DNA from: a virus
Strand: one strand, 5' to 3'
DNA length: 64,000 nucleotides
IMG/VR virus record: IMGVR_UViG_3300012086_000038
Location: 451-64,450 of that record
Shown: piece after piece, positions 27,284-38,153 of the stretch
Position numbering within the stretch: the stretch's first letter is position 1
How the letters are laid out: each line of letters starts with the position of its first letter
Notes under the pieces: generated by a model
What the model saw: only the letters and a program-made list of their open reading frames with translations
Database searches by the model: none
Told to the model about the DNA's origin: nothing
Made by a program: the position numbers and the translations under genes

Positions 27284-28154
27284 AGAATTGATTTATAAGT
27301 GGTTTTCAGAATATAAGCCAATTACAGAGCTGATGGCTTTGTTTTCCGGAAAGCCTGCAATATTCTATCAGATTGCTCCGGATGACCGTCAAAAAGGATG
27401 GAATGGAAAGTCACAATATCCAAGAATTGTTTACGGGATTGACATGCAGGTGAATCAGGAACGTAAAAGTGCAGGAACGATGGAGATTAGCCTGTTATGT
27501 GATGAAGCCGGAACGGAACCTGAAAAAATTGAGCCATTAATAAGGGAATGCTTGAAAGATCTTATCATCAATCCAGATAATAGCTCACCGTATTGCTTTG
27601 CATGGTCAAGAACAGACGGCTTTGAAATACCAATTCGTGAAAGCGGGGCGAATACAAGGGTTATAGGTTCTGAAATCCGCTTTGATATTTTAGAATATCC
27701 AAGTCAGGAGACAACGGACCCAGACCCGGTTGTTGCCCTGAACAGATATGTCAAAGATAAATTTCCTGAAGCCTTTGTTATGGGGCTAGATAACATGGAT
27801 TCATTTAGGGTAGCCGATGTGAAAGCACCTGTTTTCTATTGCCGTCTGGAATCCGTTGAAAAAGGGCGTGAAACAAATACAGTTGCATGGATGGATGGTA
27901 AAATTGCCATCCATGTTTTATGTCCAGCAGCGGATATACGACTGAAAATGATAATGTCACTTGCCAACAACCTGTCATTGGATGGGGAAGTAATCATGCT
28001 TGATAAATCTCCAATGACGGTTAAGAGGCTGCAAGTGAATAATAAGGCTGATTACCTGAAAGAAGGGCAGCTTTTTGTAACAGGACATTATGGTTTGCTT
28101 CGCTACAAAAGTAAACCCCATATGATTGCAGAAGTCAATATTGACTTCGGATAG
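27273..28154 (+). CDS. Tail completion/terminator-like protein
   Basis: Position upstream of sheath. Confidence 0.55.
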   Translation: MNLEELIYKWFSEYKPITELMALFSGKPAIFYQIAPDDRQKGWNGKSQYPRIVYGIDMQVNQERKSAGTMEISLLCDEAGTEPEKIEPLIRECLKDLIINPDNSSPYCFAWSRTDGFEIPIRESGANTRVIGSEIRFDILEYPSQETTDPDPVVALNRYVKDKFPEAFVMGLDNMDSFRVADVKAPVFYCRLESVEKGRETNTVAWMDGKIAIHVLCPAADIRLKMIMSLANNLSLDGEVIMLDKSPMTVKRLQVNNKADYLKEGQLFVTGHYGLLRYKSKPHMIAEVNIDFG

Positions 28155-28163
28155 GAGGTAAGC

Positions 28164-28397
28164 ATGGCAGCAAAGAAAGCAACGGATGAAGCCGCCGTAC
28201 AGACAGAAACCCAAAAAGCTGAAACGGAATCTGTCTACAGCGTGGAAGAACTTGCTGAAAGTTCAATAAAGGTATTTGGCTTAAAAGTAAGAAGTGAATG
28301 TGTTGTGGCGGCATTCAAAAGCATTGGAAAAGATTCAGCTACGGTGACTGAAGCAAAAGAAATCGTAGCTGCATTTATGAAAAAGGAGGTTAAATAA
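28164..28397 (+). CDS. Hypothetical small tail protein
   Basis: GGAGGT RBS; coupled to sheath. Confidence 0.6.
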   Translation: MAAKKATDEAAVQTETQKAETESVYSVEELAESSIKVFGLKVRSECVVAAFKSIGKDSATVTEAKEIVAAFMKKEVK

Positions 28398-29806
28398 TGG
28401 CTGGAACATTTATGGTTGGAGAGGTAAAGATAAGACCGGGAACCTATTTCAACATACAGAAGACAGGAGATGGTTCCCTTAGTGGTGCGATTAATGGAAT
28501 TGTAGTGGTTCTGTTCAAATCAGACTGGGGACCGCTTGGAGAAGCGGTTGAATTAAGTGCCGATGACGGATATGAAAAAGTATTCGGGACTGAAATGACA
28601 ACAGATGCAATTGCACTTGCTTTTGAAGGCGGCGCAACTACAGTGATATGCTGTCGAGTAGGGAATGGGGGAACGCAGGGAAGCATCAAGTTGAAACTGG
28701 AAGATGGAAGCGTAGATGCAATTACCATTACGGCAAAGCATGTTGGAACAAAGGTTTTTTCGGTATCTGTTAAGGATAAATTATCGGATGAAACAAAAAG
28801 GGAATGCATTATATATACGGGTACCAGGGAATTTGAAAAAGTAACTTTCGATAAGGGGGCAGATGAAGTTGCTGCCATTGTTGAGGCTTTTGCAGGTTCT
28901 TCAAATTTTAAGGTTTCAAGAATCGGAACTGCAAGCGGAATTTTGGCTGCTGTCACTCAGGCAGCATTCACCGCAGGTACAAATCCAGTAACGACAACAG
29001 AAGATTACAGTGATGGTTTTGTTGCAGTGGAAAGTTATTATTTCAATACCATTTGTGTGGATACCGAGGATATATCTATACATGGCCTATTGGTTTCTTT
29101 TCTGGACCGTATTTTTAACGCTGGTCAGTTGGCACAAGGTGTTATCTCTGAAAAGAAGACGTTATCCTTGGATGACAGGATGACTCATTCCGCCGCATAT
29201 AACAGCGAGAAAATGGTATATGTCGTGAACTCCAATGTCACAAGCAATTCGTTTGGGGAGATTTCAGGTTATCAGACAGCAGCAAAAATAGCTGGTATGA
29301 TAGCGGCTTGCGCTTCCAATAAATCACTGACGCATACAGTTCTGGATAGGGTTACGCAGCTTAATGATGTACTTACGCCAACCCAGATGACGAAAGCAGA
29401 AACAATGGGTGGACTGGTTTTAAGCGTTAATAAAAGGAAGCAGGTCTGGATCGACAGTGCGATTAACACATTAGTTACTCCATCAGACAGCCAGGATGAC
29501 GGCTGGAAGAAAATACGGAGGACAAAAACCAGATACGAGCTTATCACAAGAGCGAATGACCAGGCAGACTCACTTGTTGGAAAGGTAGATAATGATGTCA
29601 ATGGCCGGGCTACCATAGTGAGCCAGATTCAGGGTATCGGAACTACCATGGTAGAAGAAAGTAAGCTGGTATCCTGTAAAGTAACGGAAAGCTCCATCTA
29701 CAAAGCAGAGGGTGACAGTGCATGGTTTGACATTGACTGTGTGGATAAGGATTCCGCTGAACACATTTACCTGACCTACATGTTCAGGTTTAGTACACAA
29801 GGATAG
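28397..29806 (+). CDS. Contractile tail sheath protein (XkdK-like)
   Basis: RPGTYFN...WGPLGE...WIDSAINTL...WKKIRRT. Confidence 0.92.
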   Translation: MAGTFMVGEVKIRPGTYFNIQKTGDGSLSGAINGIVVVLFKSDWGPLGEAVELSADDGYEKVFGTEMTTDAIALAFEGGATTVICCRVGNGGTQGSIKLKLEDGSVDAITITAKHVGTKVFSVSVKDKLSDETKRECIIYTGTREFEKVTFDKGADEVAAIVEAFAGSSNFKVSRIGTASGILAAVTQAAFTAGTNPVTTTEDYSDGFVAVESYYFNTICVDTEDISIHGLLVSFLDRIFNAGQLAQGVISEKKTLSLDDRMTHSAAYNSEKMVYVVNSNVTSNSFGEISGYQTAAKIAGMIAACASNKSLTHTVLDRVTQLNDVLTPTQMTKAETMGGLVLSVNKRKQVWIDSAINTLVTPSDSQDDGWKKIRRTKTRYELITRANDQADSLVGKVDNDVNGRATIVSQIQGIGTTMVEESKLVSCKVTESSIYKAEGDSAWFDIDCVDKDSAEHIYLTYMFRFSTQG

Positions 29807-29818
29807 GAGGAATGATTT

Positions 29819-30280
29819 ATGGCAATTAATGCAAGAGCAGCCGGAGATTCCCGGCAAGGTAGGACTGGTAAAGACGGGGCATTTTATAACAAAGATGGAG
29901 TAATGCTGGCAACCGTTGAGACATTTACTTCAAATGTTACGTTTAATAATGCAAAATATAGTGTTTTAGGCGACCCACAGGAACATGAAACCGCAGCGCT
30001 ATATTCAGTAAACCTTACAATGACGCAGATGGTTGTTGAAGATGATGAATTCATTGTTGAGCTCATGGAAGCCCTCGCAACCGGGGAAATGCCGGTATGG
30101 GATTTCCAGGGAACACTGAAAGGCAGGAACAACTCGGAAGAACGTGTTGTATATAGGGACTGCCTGCCATCTGGTCAGGTGGATATACAGAATGTCACGG
30201 TTGGTGATGTCGTTAAGAGGGCATGGAATTTCTTCGTGAACAGGCCACCGGCATTGCAGAAATTATTAACAATAAGTTAA
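29819..30280 (+). CDS. Tail tube protein (XkdM-like)
   Basis: Follows sheath; 153 aa. Confidence 0.85.
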   Translation: MAINARAAGDSRQGRTGKDGAFYNKDGVMLATVETFTSNVTFNNAKYSVLGDPQEHETAALYSVNLTMTQMVVEDDEFIVELMEALATGEMPVWDFQGTLKGRNNSEERVVYRDCLPSGQVDIQNVTVGDVVKRAWNFFVNRPPALQKLLTIS

Positions 30281-30286
30281 GGCATG

Positions 30287-30320
30287 GGCATCATATCTGT
30301 AACGGTATGATGCCTTTTCT
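30287..30320 (+). terminator. Rho-independent terminator after sheath/tube
   Basis: GGCATCATA...TATGATGCC-TTTT. Confidence 0.75.
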
Positions 30321-30327
30321 ATTTTGA

Positions 30328-30885
30328 ATGGAGGAAAACGTTATGTTAGCGAAAGACAATAATACAACAGAAATTATGGAAACACAGATTGAGGACATGG
30401 AATTTACGAAGGAAGAAACCAAAACACAAATCAGAATGTTTGAGGGAGATTTCATCAAGGGACTGATAGCAGCGGCTGATTTCCGCACGGAGGAAATACA
30501 ACGTATTGAAATAATCCGCAACAAGAATCTGTATTTTGCTTTTAATATCCGGGCATTAAGTGAAGAAGAATACGACAAGTGTAAGACGAAACATACGAAA
30601 TATGTCCGTAACAAACAGCTTGGCATCACACTTCCGGAAGATACCAATACCGTAAAATACAGATGCGCCCTTATCTATCAGGCCACTGTCGAAGAAGACA
30701 GGAATAAGCTTTGGGATAATAAGCAGATTTGGAAAGCACTTAATGCGAAGGATCTTCAGATTATGAACGGATTGGATGTCATTGAGAACACGCTGAAAAG
30801 CGGTGAAAAGGACAAAGTCATTGAATGTATTGACAAATTATCGGGATATGACAATAACAACCTGGAGGAAGTGGCAAAAAACTAA
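30328..30885 (+). CDS. Tail assembly chaperone (XkdN-like)
   Basis: Between tube and tape measure genes; ends ...EEVAKN*. Confidence 0.85.
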   Translation: MEENVMLAKDNNTTEIMETQIEDMEFTKEETKTQIRMFEGDFIKGLIAAADFRTEEIQRIEIIRNKNLYFAFNIRALSEEEYDKCKTKHTKYVRNKQLGITLPEDTNTVKYRCALIYQATVEEDRNKLWDNKQIWKALNAKDLQIMNGLDVIENTLKSGEKDKVIECIDKLSGYDNNNLEEVAKN

Positions 30886-31049
30886 TTGAGGCCGGTGGAA
30901 GGGCCACTCTTTTACATCATATTTTCCAGAAGACCGGGATGACACCGGATGAATTTTACAAGAAGCCCCCCGGAGTGAGGGCTTTTTGCTTTGAATCAAT
31001 GAAGATAGCATTACAGCCACACGGGGAAGGAGGTGAAGCAGATGGCTGA
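30876..31049 (+). other. Programmed -1 frameshift site A-AAA-AAC (30876-30882) and the extension it opens
   Basis: -1 frame reads KLIEAGGRATLLHHIFQKTGMTPDEFYKKPPGVRAFCFESMKIALQPHGEGGEADG* to 31049; lambda G/GT-type arrangement. Confidence 0.8.
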
Positions 31050-34000
31050 AACCGTCAGGATTGAAATACCAATTGAGACAGTAGATAATACAGAACCGGG
31101 ATTGTCAAATATCATCCAGAATATTCAGCAATTAGGGCAATCGGCTCAAAACACACAGTCCAGAGTGGCAAATGCGAATAGAACAGTCTCGCAATTTGAC
31201 CAATCGTCTGAAAGGACACAAAGGAGTCTGGTAAACTGGGCAAAAGAAAAATATCAGGTGCTGTTAGAAGCAAAGGATAAGGTTGCTCCGATTCTCAATA
31301 CGGTTAAAGATGGGCTGAAAACAATAGGCGGCAAGGTTTGGAATGTTACTATGAAAGCTGTGGATTTGGTGACATCCCCAGTAAGAGGCATAATAAATCT
31401 GCTAAAGAATCCTATCTTTCAAGTGGGAGCAGTTCTCGGAATTAGTATTGGTTTGAAAGACACAATAGATACCTTTACTAATTTCGAAGCTGCAATGAGT
31501 CAGGTGAAAGCCATTAGCGGAGCCACAGGAACGGATTTTGAAGAACTGACAGATAAAGCAAAAGAAATGGGAGCCACCACGAAATTTACGGCTACGGAAG
31601 CTGCCGAAGGCTTCAATTACATGGCAATGGCAGGATGGAAGACACAGGATATGCTGGACGGCATTGATGGAATCCTGTCATTGGCAGCAGCATCTGGTGA
31701 AGACCTTGGAACTACCAGTGATATTGTGACTGATGCGCTTACAGCGTTTGGGCTGAAAGCATCAGATTCCGGACATTTTGCAGATGTGTTGGCACAGGCA
31801 TCTGCTAACGCAAATACGAATGTAAGTATGCTTGGAGAAAGTTTCAAATATGTGGCTCCGGTCGCTGGGGCAATGGGATATAAGGTAGAAGATGTTTCTC
31901 TGGCACTTGGCTTGATGGCTAATGCAAGCGTAAAAGGCTCCATGGCAGGAACTGCTTTAAAGACAGCTATGGCAAACATGGCAGCACCGACAGATAAGAT
32001 GGCAACAGCTATGAAGAAATACAGTATCAGCCTTACTGATAGCAAGGGTGAGATGAAAACCTTTGAAGAGTTAATTCAGAACATCAGAAAAGGTTTGGGT
32101 GGATTGTCAGAAGCAGAACAGACAGCGGCGGCATCTACCATATTCGGTAAAGAAGCGATGGCAGGAATGCTGTCAATCATCAATGCATCAGAAGAAGACT
32201 ATAACAAACTTGCAGAAGCAGTTAATAACGCAGACGGAGCATCGAAGCAGATGGCTGATACAATGTTAGATAATCTGCAAGGTGCTTTTACTTTGCTTCA
32301 GAGTGCGGTAGATGGCGTGAAATTATCTCTCGGTGAACGCCTAAAGCCGTATCTCATGGATTTGGCTAATTGGATAACAGATAAAATGCCAGACATTGAA
32401 AAAGGGTTAATGCAGTTCATGGACTTTGTAGATGAAAAAGTTGACAGCCTAAAAGAAAAAATAGCAGAGTTTACGTCAACAGACGCATGGAATAATGCTG
32501 ATATTTTTGGCAAGGTGAAAATAGCATGGGATGAAATCATTGCAAAGCCATTCTCTGAATGGTGGGATAGTAAAGGTCATGATTTGATTGTCGGAAAAGC
32601 TGGTTCTATTGGACGTGGAATAGGCAGTGCCATTTCAACAGGTCTGCTTGCTTTGCTGGGAATTGATGTATCGGGTGCTATTGGTGAAGGCGAGAGTGTA
32701 GGCAGTGCTTTTTCAAAGGGATTAATAGACGGTTTTGATATTGATGCATTGAAGGATAAGGTATGGGAAGGCATCAAAGGGATATTTTCCAATGCAGCAA
32801 AGATACTTCCAGGAGGCGAAGAAGCTGATTTGTCTTCTTGGCTTTCGGCGGCATTGATAGCAAAGGTTGGAACACCAATAGTCAGTACCATGTTTAAAGG
32901 AGCATCATTGGGAAAAAGTGTTTTCGGAACTACCACAGTAGCGGCAGAAGGTGGCGGCACAACGATTGTTCCGGGCATAGGAAGACAGCTTATCGGGAGT
33001 GCTGGTGCTGGAACTGGATTGCTTGGTTTTGGAGCAAATACAGCCATAAAACTTGGTGCTGGGAATCTGGCAGGAGGAGCTTCCCTATCAACAGGCGCAT
33101 TGTCGGCAGTTGGATTGGGTGCAGCGGCAGGTGGTGTAATTGGAGGAGCAACATTAATTAGCGGTGGAATGGACCTTTACAAAGGATTTAAGTCTGAGGA
33201 CAAAGAAGAAGCGACGGCATATAAGGAATCCGGAGCATGGAAAATCGGTGGCGTAGCTGCTGGTGCAGCAACAGGAGCCGCTATTGGAAGTGTTGTTCCG
33301 GTACTTGGAACAGCAGTGGGTGCGCTAATCGGTGCTGGTGTTGGAGGCATTGCAGGATGGATAAAAGGCGATAGTGCGAAAAAGGAATACGAGGAAAACT
33401 TGAAAGCCGCACAAGAAGCGGCAGAAGCACTTGCCTTGGCAGAGGAACAGGCGAAATATGAGTCTCAGGAACTGAAGGATGCTCTGGCTGACAGTAGCAT
33501 GACGGCAGAAGAATTTGGGCTGAAATTCCAGAAAGCGGTTAGCGGAAATCTAAAAAAGCATTTTGGTGATATAAAATTATCCATGAGTGAAATTCAGACG
33601 ATAGCAAAGAAACTTGTATTTTCTGATACTGTCGAAGAAGTGACACGGTTTGCCGAAGCGTATAGTCAGGTGGAGAACACATACAGCAATATGCAAACAG
33701 CAATATCCAGTATGGATAAATTGAACTGGAAAGCAAGCCTGGGGTTGACCTTTGACGATACTGACATACAGGAGTACATTGCTGGCATTGAATCCCTAAT
33801 CACAAGTGCCAAAGAACATATTGAAAGCCAGCACTATGAAGCAAAGACAGCGATTGACCTGCTTGTGGAACCTGGTAATCCAGCGGATATGATATCTGGC
33901 TTGAACGCAGCATACGCAGGATTGCAGGAACAGATAGACAGTTTAAGTACAGACCTGAAGGCAAAAGTTGAGGTTGCTTTGGAGGACGGGGTAATTACCT

Positions 34001-35601
34001 TAGATGAACAGGCTGAAATCACGAACCTGCAAAACCAGATTACTGCAATCACCCAGAAAATATCAGATGCACAGACAGAGGCAGAATTTAAGGCTTTGAA
34101 AATCAAGTACAGCGGAGCCAATTTAGATGCTGATTCCTTTGCTGAATTGCAAGCCGAATTGCAGGAACAGGTTGCAAGCTCGACAAAGAACTATGATGAA
34201 GCATTAAAGGTTGGTATTGCCAATCTGGAATTGCAGTTGAGCGAAGGAGCAATAAACAGGGAGCAGTACGATGAACAACTACAAGCCCTTGCAAATGGAT
34301 ATGAAGCAAAAATAAACGATATACAGGTAAGGGTGGAGAGCCTTCAATTAGAGGCAATTGCCGAAGCATATTCATCCGAACTGGAAAACATTTTGCCGGA
34401 ACTTGAAGGAACCACATCCGAAAAATTACAGACAGCACTCCATAATGCTATAGCGAGTGGAGTGGATGCACCTACATGGGATACGGAAACAGCAGCCAAG
34501 TGGCTTGGCTTAGAAAATCTGAGTCTGGAAATGCAGGCAGCAATTGCAGAATTAATGAGCGGAGTTGCGTCAACTATTCCAAAGAGTATGCAGGAAGAAA
34601 TTTTGGTATCCTTTAAAAGTAATAATATTGACTTCATTGGTCCGTTTTCAAATGAGTTTTATGAACAAATGAAAACGGCAAATTTATCACAGGGAATGGA
34701 TGTATTAAGCACCAATCTATTAACGCAATCCGTAACAACGAATTTCACAGGAATCAGCACACAATTTGGAAGTGTAGTTGGACGTGCGATTCAAGATACG
34801 GATATGGAACCGATTAATTCCGCAATCGGTATATTGAAAGAAAATACACAAGCAGCTATTGATACGGCTTTTTTACCAGGATTTAATGCCGAAATCAGTG
34901 CGGTGAAAGACAATGCGAAAGCAGCCATTGACACGGCTTTTTCTCCGGGATTCAATACCACAACGCCAGTGCTGATAACAGCGGATTATAAACTGGCGAA
35001 TCCTACAGCTAACATCAGCTTTTCAGGAGGTGGCACTGGAACGGCAATAGTAAATGCAAATATAGCAAAAAATGCCGATGGAGATATTGTGAATGGACCG
35101 CTTCTAAGCTGGATAGGGGAAGATGGACCAGAGGCTATCATTCCGCTGGGAAACAAACGCAGAAGCCGCGGACTTAGCCTGTGGGAAAAAGCAGGTAAGT
35201 TGCTTGGTGTGAGAAAGTATGCTGATGGTGGCTTGGTTGGAAAATCAAATTACGGCTTAAATCAGCTTCAAAATGTTGAACACTTAAATTACATCAATGA
35301 AACTATTTCAAAAGCACCCAGAGGTTATAACGAGTTCTCAGAGGGGGATATGATAGATGATATTCCATCTAAAAACATGCCGCTTACATCAGAACATGAG
35401 GCATCAGAAAACAGAGTACCTGAAATCAATGTACAGGTTCAGGTGTCACCAAAGTTTGAGATTACTGGAAGCAATGGGAACGAAGAGGATATAGTCAGAA
35501 TCATTAAAGCACACATGAAAGAGCTTGTAGATGAAATGGGTGGGGAATTGGCAGAGAAACTGGAAAAGGTATTTGCCAACATGCCATTAAAGGAGGCGTA
35601 A
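31042..35601 (+). CDS. Tape measure protein (TP901-type core)
   Basis: FEAAMSQVKAISGATG...KFTATEAAEG..YMAMAGW; about 1520 aa; C-terminal SWIGEDGPEAIIPL. Confidence 0.95.
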   Translation: MAETVRIEIPIETVDNTEPGLSNIIQNIQQLGQSAQNTQSRVANANRTVSQFDQSSERTQRSLVNWAKEKYQVLLEAKDKVAPILNTVKDGLKTIGGKVWNVTMKAVDLVTSPVRGIINLLKNPIFQVGAVLGISIGLKDTIDTFTNFEAAMSQVKAISGATGTDFEELTDKAKEMGATTKFTATEAAEGFNYMAMAGWKTQDMLDGIDGILSLAAASGEDLGTTSDIVTDALTAFGLKASDSGHFADVLAQASANANTNVSMLGESFKYVAPVAGAMGYKVEDVSLALGLMANASVKGSMAGTALKTAMANMAAPTDKMATAMKKYSISLTDSKGEMKTFEELIQNIRKGLGGLSEAEQTAAASTIFGKEAMAGMLSIINASEEDYNKLAEAVNNADGASKQMADTMLDNLQGAFTLLQSAVDGVKLSLGERLKPYLMDLANWITDKMPDIEKGLMQFMDFVDEKVDSLKEKIAEFTSTDAWNNADIFGKVKIAWDEIIAKPFSEWWDSKGHDLIVGKAGSIGRGIGSAISTGLLALLGIDVSGAIGEGESVGSAFSKGLIDGFDIDALKDKVWEGIKGIFSNAAKILPGGEEADLSSWLSAALIAKVGTPIVSTMFKGASLGKSVFGTTTVAAEGGGTTIVPGIGRQLIGSAGAGTGLLGFGANTAIKLGAGNLAGGASLSTGALSAVGLGAAAGGVIGGATLISGGMDLYKGFKSEDKEEATAYKESGAWKIGGVAAGAATGAAIGSVVPVLGTAVGALIGAGVGGIAGWIKGDSAKKEYEENLKAAQEAAEALALAEEQAKYESQELKDALADSSMTAEEFGLKFQKAVSGNLKKHFGDIKLSMSEIQTIAKKLVFSDTVEEVTRFAEAYSQVENTYSNMQTAISSMDKLNWKASLGLTFDDTDIQEYIAGIESLITSAKEHIESQHYEAKTAIDLLVEPGNPADMISGLNAAYAGLQEQIDSLSTDLKAKVEVALEDGVITLDEQAEITNLQNQITAITQKISDAQTEAEFKALKIKYSGANLDADSFAELQAELQEQVASSTKNYDEALKVGIANLELQLSEGAINREQYDEQLQALANGYEAKINDIQVRVESLQLEAIAEAYSSELENILPELEGTTSEKLQTALHNAIASGVDAPTWDTETAAKWLGLENLSLEMQAAIAELMSGVASTIPKSMQEEILVSFKSNNIDFIGPFSNEFYEQMKTANLSQGMDVLSTNLLTQSVTTNFTGISTQFGSVVGRAIQDTDMEPINSAIGILKENTQAAIDTAFLPGFNAEISAVKDNAKAAIDTAFSPGFNTTTPVLITADYKLANPTANISFSGGGTGTAIVNANIAKNADGDIVNGPLLSWIGEDGPEAIIPLGNKRRSRGLSLWEKAGKLLGVRKYADGGLVGKSNYGLNQLQNVEHLNYINETISKAPRGYNEFSEGDMIDDIPSKNMPLTSEHEASENRVPEINVQVQVSPKFEITGSNGNEEDIVRIIKAHMKELVDEMGGELAEKLEKVFANMPLKEA

Positions 35602-35604
35602 GTT

Positions 35605-36282
35605 ATGGATATTTATTTGAATGAAGTATCAAACAAAAATTCAAGTTTTGCGTTTCCTTCCCTACCAGAAAAAATCAAGGTGAAAGCCGGAACCAGATAC
35701 CAGACATATAACATCATTGGTAAAGGAACCGTTAAGATTCCCAAAGGGCTTGAAGCCGGAACCATTTCATGGACCGGTACTTTTTATGGGGAAAAGAAGA
35801 AAGAAGAAATCATGATTCATAAATGGATTTCTCCCACTGACTGTAAAAAGACATTAAATAAGTGGATGGAGACAGGAACGGTTCTGAGATTACTGGTTAC
35901 CGGCACAAGCATTAACTATGATGTTACCATTGGTGTTTTTGAATATGAGGAATATGGAGCATATGGCAATGCTGAATATACCATATCCTTTACACTGAAC
36001 GAAGAATTGAAGATTTATACGACTTCGGAACTGAAGATAGCTGCATTTGTAAAAAAGACAGTTGCAAGGGCAACACCTGCATCATCTAAAACCTATACGG
36101 TGGTAAGCGGTGACAATCTCTGGAAGATTGCCAGACAGTTTTATGGAGGGAGCGGCTCTGACTGGAATAAGATATACAATGCAAATGCCGCTGTGATAGA
36201 AGAAACTGCAAGGAATTATGGTAAAGCATCATCTGATAACGGACATTGGATTTATCCCGGCACTGTATTTTCGATTCCGTAG
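35605..36282 (+). CDS. LysM-containing tail tube initiator (XkdP-like)
   Basis: YTVVSGDNLWKIARQFYG...IYPGTVFSIP. Confidence 0.9.
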   Translation: MDIYLNEVSNKNSSFAFPSLPEKIKVKAGTRYQTYNIIGKGTVKIPKGLEAGTISWTGTFYGEKKKEEIMIHKWISPTDCKKTLNKWMETGTVLRLLVTGTSINYDVTIGVFEYEEYGAYGNAEYTISFTLNEELKIYTTSELKIAAFVKKTVARATPASSKTYTVVSGDNLWKIARQFYGGSGSDWNKIYNANAAVIEETARNYGKASSDNGHWIYPGTVFSIP

Positions 36283-36293
36283 GAGGTAGCAGA

Positions 36294-37301
36294 ATGATTG
36301 ACATATCAAAAATTAAGTACCGACTGATTATCATGACCGAAAGCAAGAAGCAGTACAATATAAAAGACTATGTTGAAGATCTTGGCTGGGAAGAAAATGA
36401 TGGCGAGCTGGCGGTGAGGATTTCCTTTACTGCAAAGAATCATAATACAAGCGCCGGTTTTATTTCATCACTGGCTAAGTTAGGCTGCCTTGTTGGCATA
36501 TTTGCCGAACATGGTTCCACAAATGAGGAAGTGGCAAGGGGTTATATTGTTGACTGGAAGCCGACTATATCCGGACAGACGGATAAATTTGATGCTACAT
36601 GTTATGACGAACTGTATAATCTGCAGGAAAGCCAGGATATGATCTACTATTCCTCTGGAATTGGAACAAAGTCAGCGATTATGCAGATTTTTAATGAACG
36701 GGAGATACCAATGGAAAAGTACGAAGGTCCCGATGTCACCCACGGAAAATTAGCATTCAGGACGGAGTATTTGTCCGATGTCCTACTGGATATCCTTGAT
36801 GATGCGAAGAAAAAAGGTGGGGGAGCCGCCATGATTAGGGCGGCAGAAGGAAAGGTCAGCGTCTTGGAATGGGGAAGCAATAAAACGGTATATCATTTTG
36901 AAGCAGACAATACCGTGCTGGCCTCCCATAAAATGAGTACAAGTGGAATGATAACCAGAGTTAAGGTGATAGGGCAGGAAGATGATGATGGACGTTCGAG
37001 CGTGGAAGCGACAATTGATGGGCTGACTAAATACGGAGTAAGGCAAAAAATATATGTCCGTGGCAAGGAGGATGACAATTTGAGCGATGCTAAATTGGCT
37101 GCACAGGATATTATTAATGAAAAAGGAGTAATACAGGAAGACATAACTGTACAAAGTCCAGATGTGCCTTTTATCCGGAAAGGGGATTTGGTACATCTGA
37201 AGGTTGGAACGTTGGAAGGGTACTATTTTGTAAAAGGAATCCGGCACGATGCAGAAACCGCCTCTATGACAATGGATTTAAAAAAAGCGGCTGCTGAATA
37301 A
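36294..37301 (+). CDS. Baseplate hub (XkdQ-like)
   Basis: Position and size; ITRVKVIG...KYG. Confidence 0.8.
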   Translation: MIDISKIKYRLIIMTESKKQYNIKDYVEDLGWEENDGELAVRISFTAKNHNTSAGFISSLAKLGCLVGIFAEHGSTNEEVARGYIVDWKPTISGQTDKFDATCYDELYNLQESQDMIYYSSGIGTKSAIMQIFNEREIPMEKYEGPDVTHGKLAFRTEYLSDVLLDILDDAKKKGGGAAMIRAAEGKVSVLEWGSNKTVYHFEADNTVLASHKMSTSGMITRVKVIGQEDDDGRSSVEATIDGLTKYGVRQKIYVRGKEDDNLSDAKLAAQDIINEKGVIQEDITVQSPDVPFIRKGDLVHLKVGTLEGYYFVKGIRHDAETASMTMDLKKAAAE

Positions 37302-37318
37302 ACAGGAGGGTGATAGCT

Positions 37319-37678
37319 ATGGCTTATCAGGGAAATCCCGGTGCAAATCATTTAGCAAGAGTGTTGTCAGAGCGTATGCACAAGGAAAATGAATCTCCAT
37401 TAGTTTTAGATTTTGGGAGTATTGAGGCAGATTACAGTCTAAAGACGAATACTTTTCCAGTGCCTATACCTAAATCGGATTATACAGTTTGTAAGCATGT
37501 CGGTGGATTAACTCTTGTAGCAACTGGCGGCAAACATTCAGGGCATGAATCAGGAACTGGCGAACATAGTCATAGCATAGCCGTTCCGACAATAAAGCCG
37601 GGAGACAGGGTGCTTGTAGCATGGGTACAGAGCGAAGCAGTTGTAATTGATGTTATCGTTCCTGCAAGCAGGATATAG
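37319..37678 (+). CDS. Baseplate spike-region protein (XkdR-like)
   Basis: IKPGDRVLVAW; His-rich tip motif HSGH...HSHS. Confidence 0.7.
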   Translation: MAYQGNPGANHLARVLSERMHKENESPLVLDFGSIEADYSLKTNTFPVPIPKSDYTVCKHVGGLTLVATGGKHSGHESGTGEHSHSIAVPTIKPGDRVLVAWVQSEAVVIDVIVPASRI

Positions 37679-37688
37679 GAGGTATGGA

Positions 37689-38153
37689 ATGGGAGATAAT
37701 GCTTTATTCCCTACAGCGGAAGTACCGAAATTCATAGAAGAATCGGAACAGTACGATGAAAAATATAAACCCAGTATAGCTTGGGATATGGAAGCTGGTG
37801 ATTTCGTTAGAAACGGAGCCAACCAATTAGTGGAATGCAATGGCCGGAAAGCCTATAAAGTATGGTGTTACAAGGTGGTAAAGACAGAGCGTTTTGCCTG
37901 TCTTGCATATCCGGATTCAATTGGCACGGAAATGGAATCAGCCATGAAGGAAGAAAGCAACGAAGCCGTAGAATCGGCAGTGGAAAGAGCCATAACAGAA
38001 GCATTGCTTGTGAATCCCCGGACAGAGTTTGTTCGGGGATTTACCTTTGAGTGGGACGGTGATGAATTGCAATGTGGTTTTGATGTTAAAGGAATTGAAT
38101 GGGAAGAGTTCCCATTGAAAGTAACTATAAATAGTACACAGGAGGTGAGTTGA
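37689..38153 (+). CDS. Baseplate wedge protein (XkdS/DUF2634-like)
   Basis: W.YKVVKTERF..LAY...IGTE...RAITEALLVNPRTE.V. Confidence 0.8.
   Translation: MGDNALFPTAEVPKFIEESEQYDEKYKPSIAWDMEAGDFVRNGANQLVECNGRKAYKVWCYKVVKTERFACLAYPDSIGTEMESAMKEESNEAVESAVERAITEALLVNPRTEFVRGFTFEWDGDELQCGFDVKGIEWEEFPLKVTINSTQEVS

Noticed and set aside
34852-34958. 69-bp duplication in tape measure gene (AAIDTAF.PGFN twice)
   Set aside because: Internal repeats are routine in tape measure proteins; differences are not adenine-specific, so not a DGR VR/TR pair
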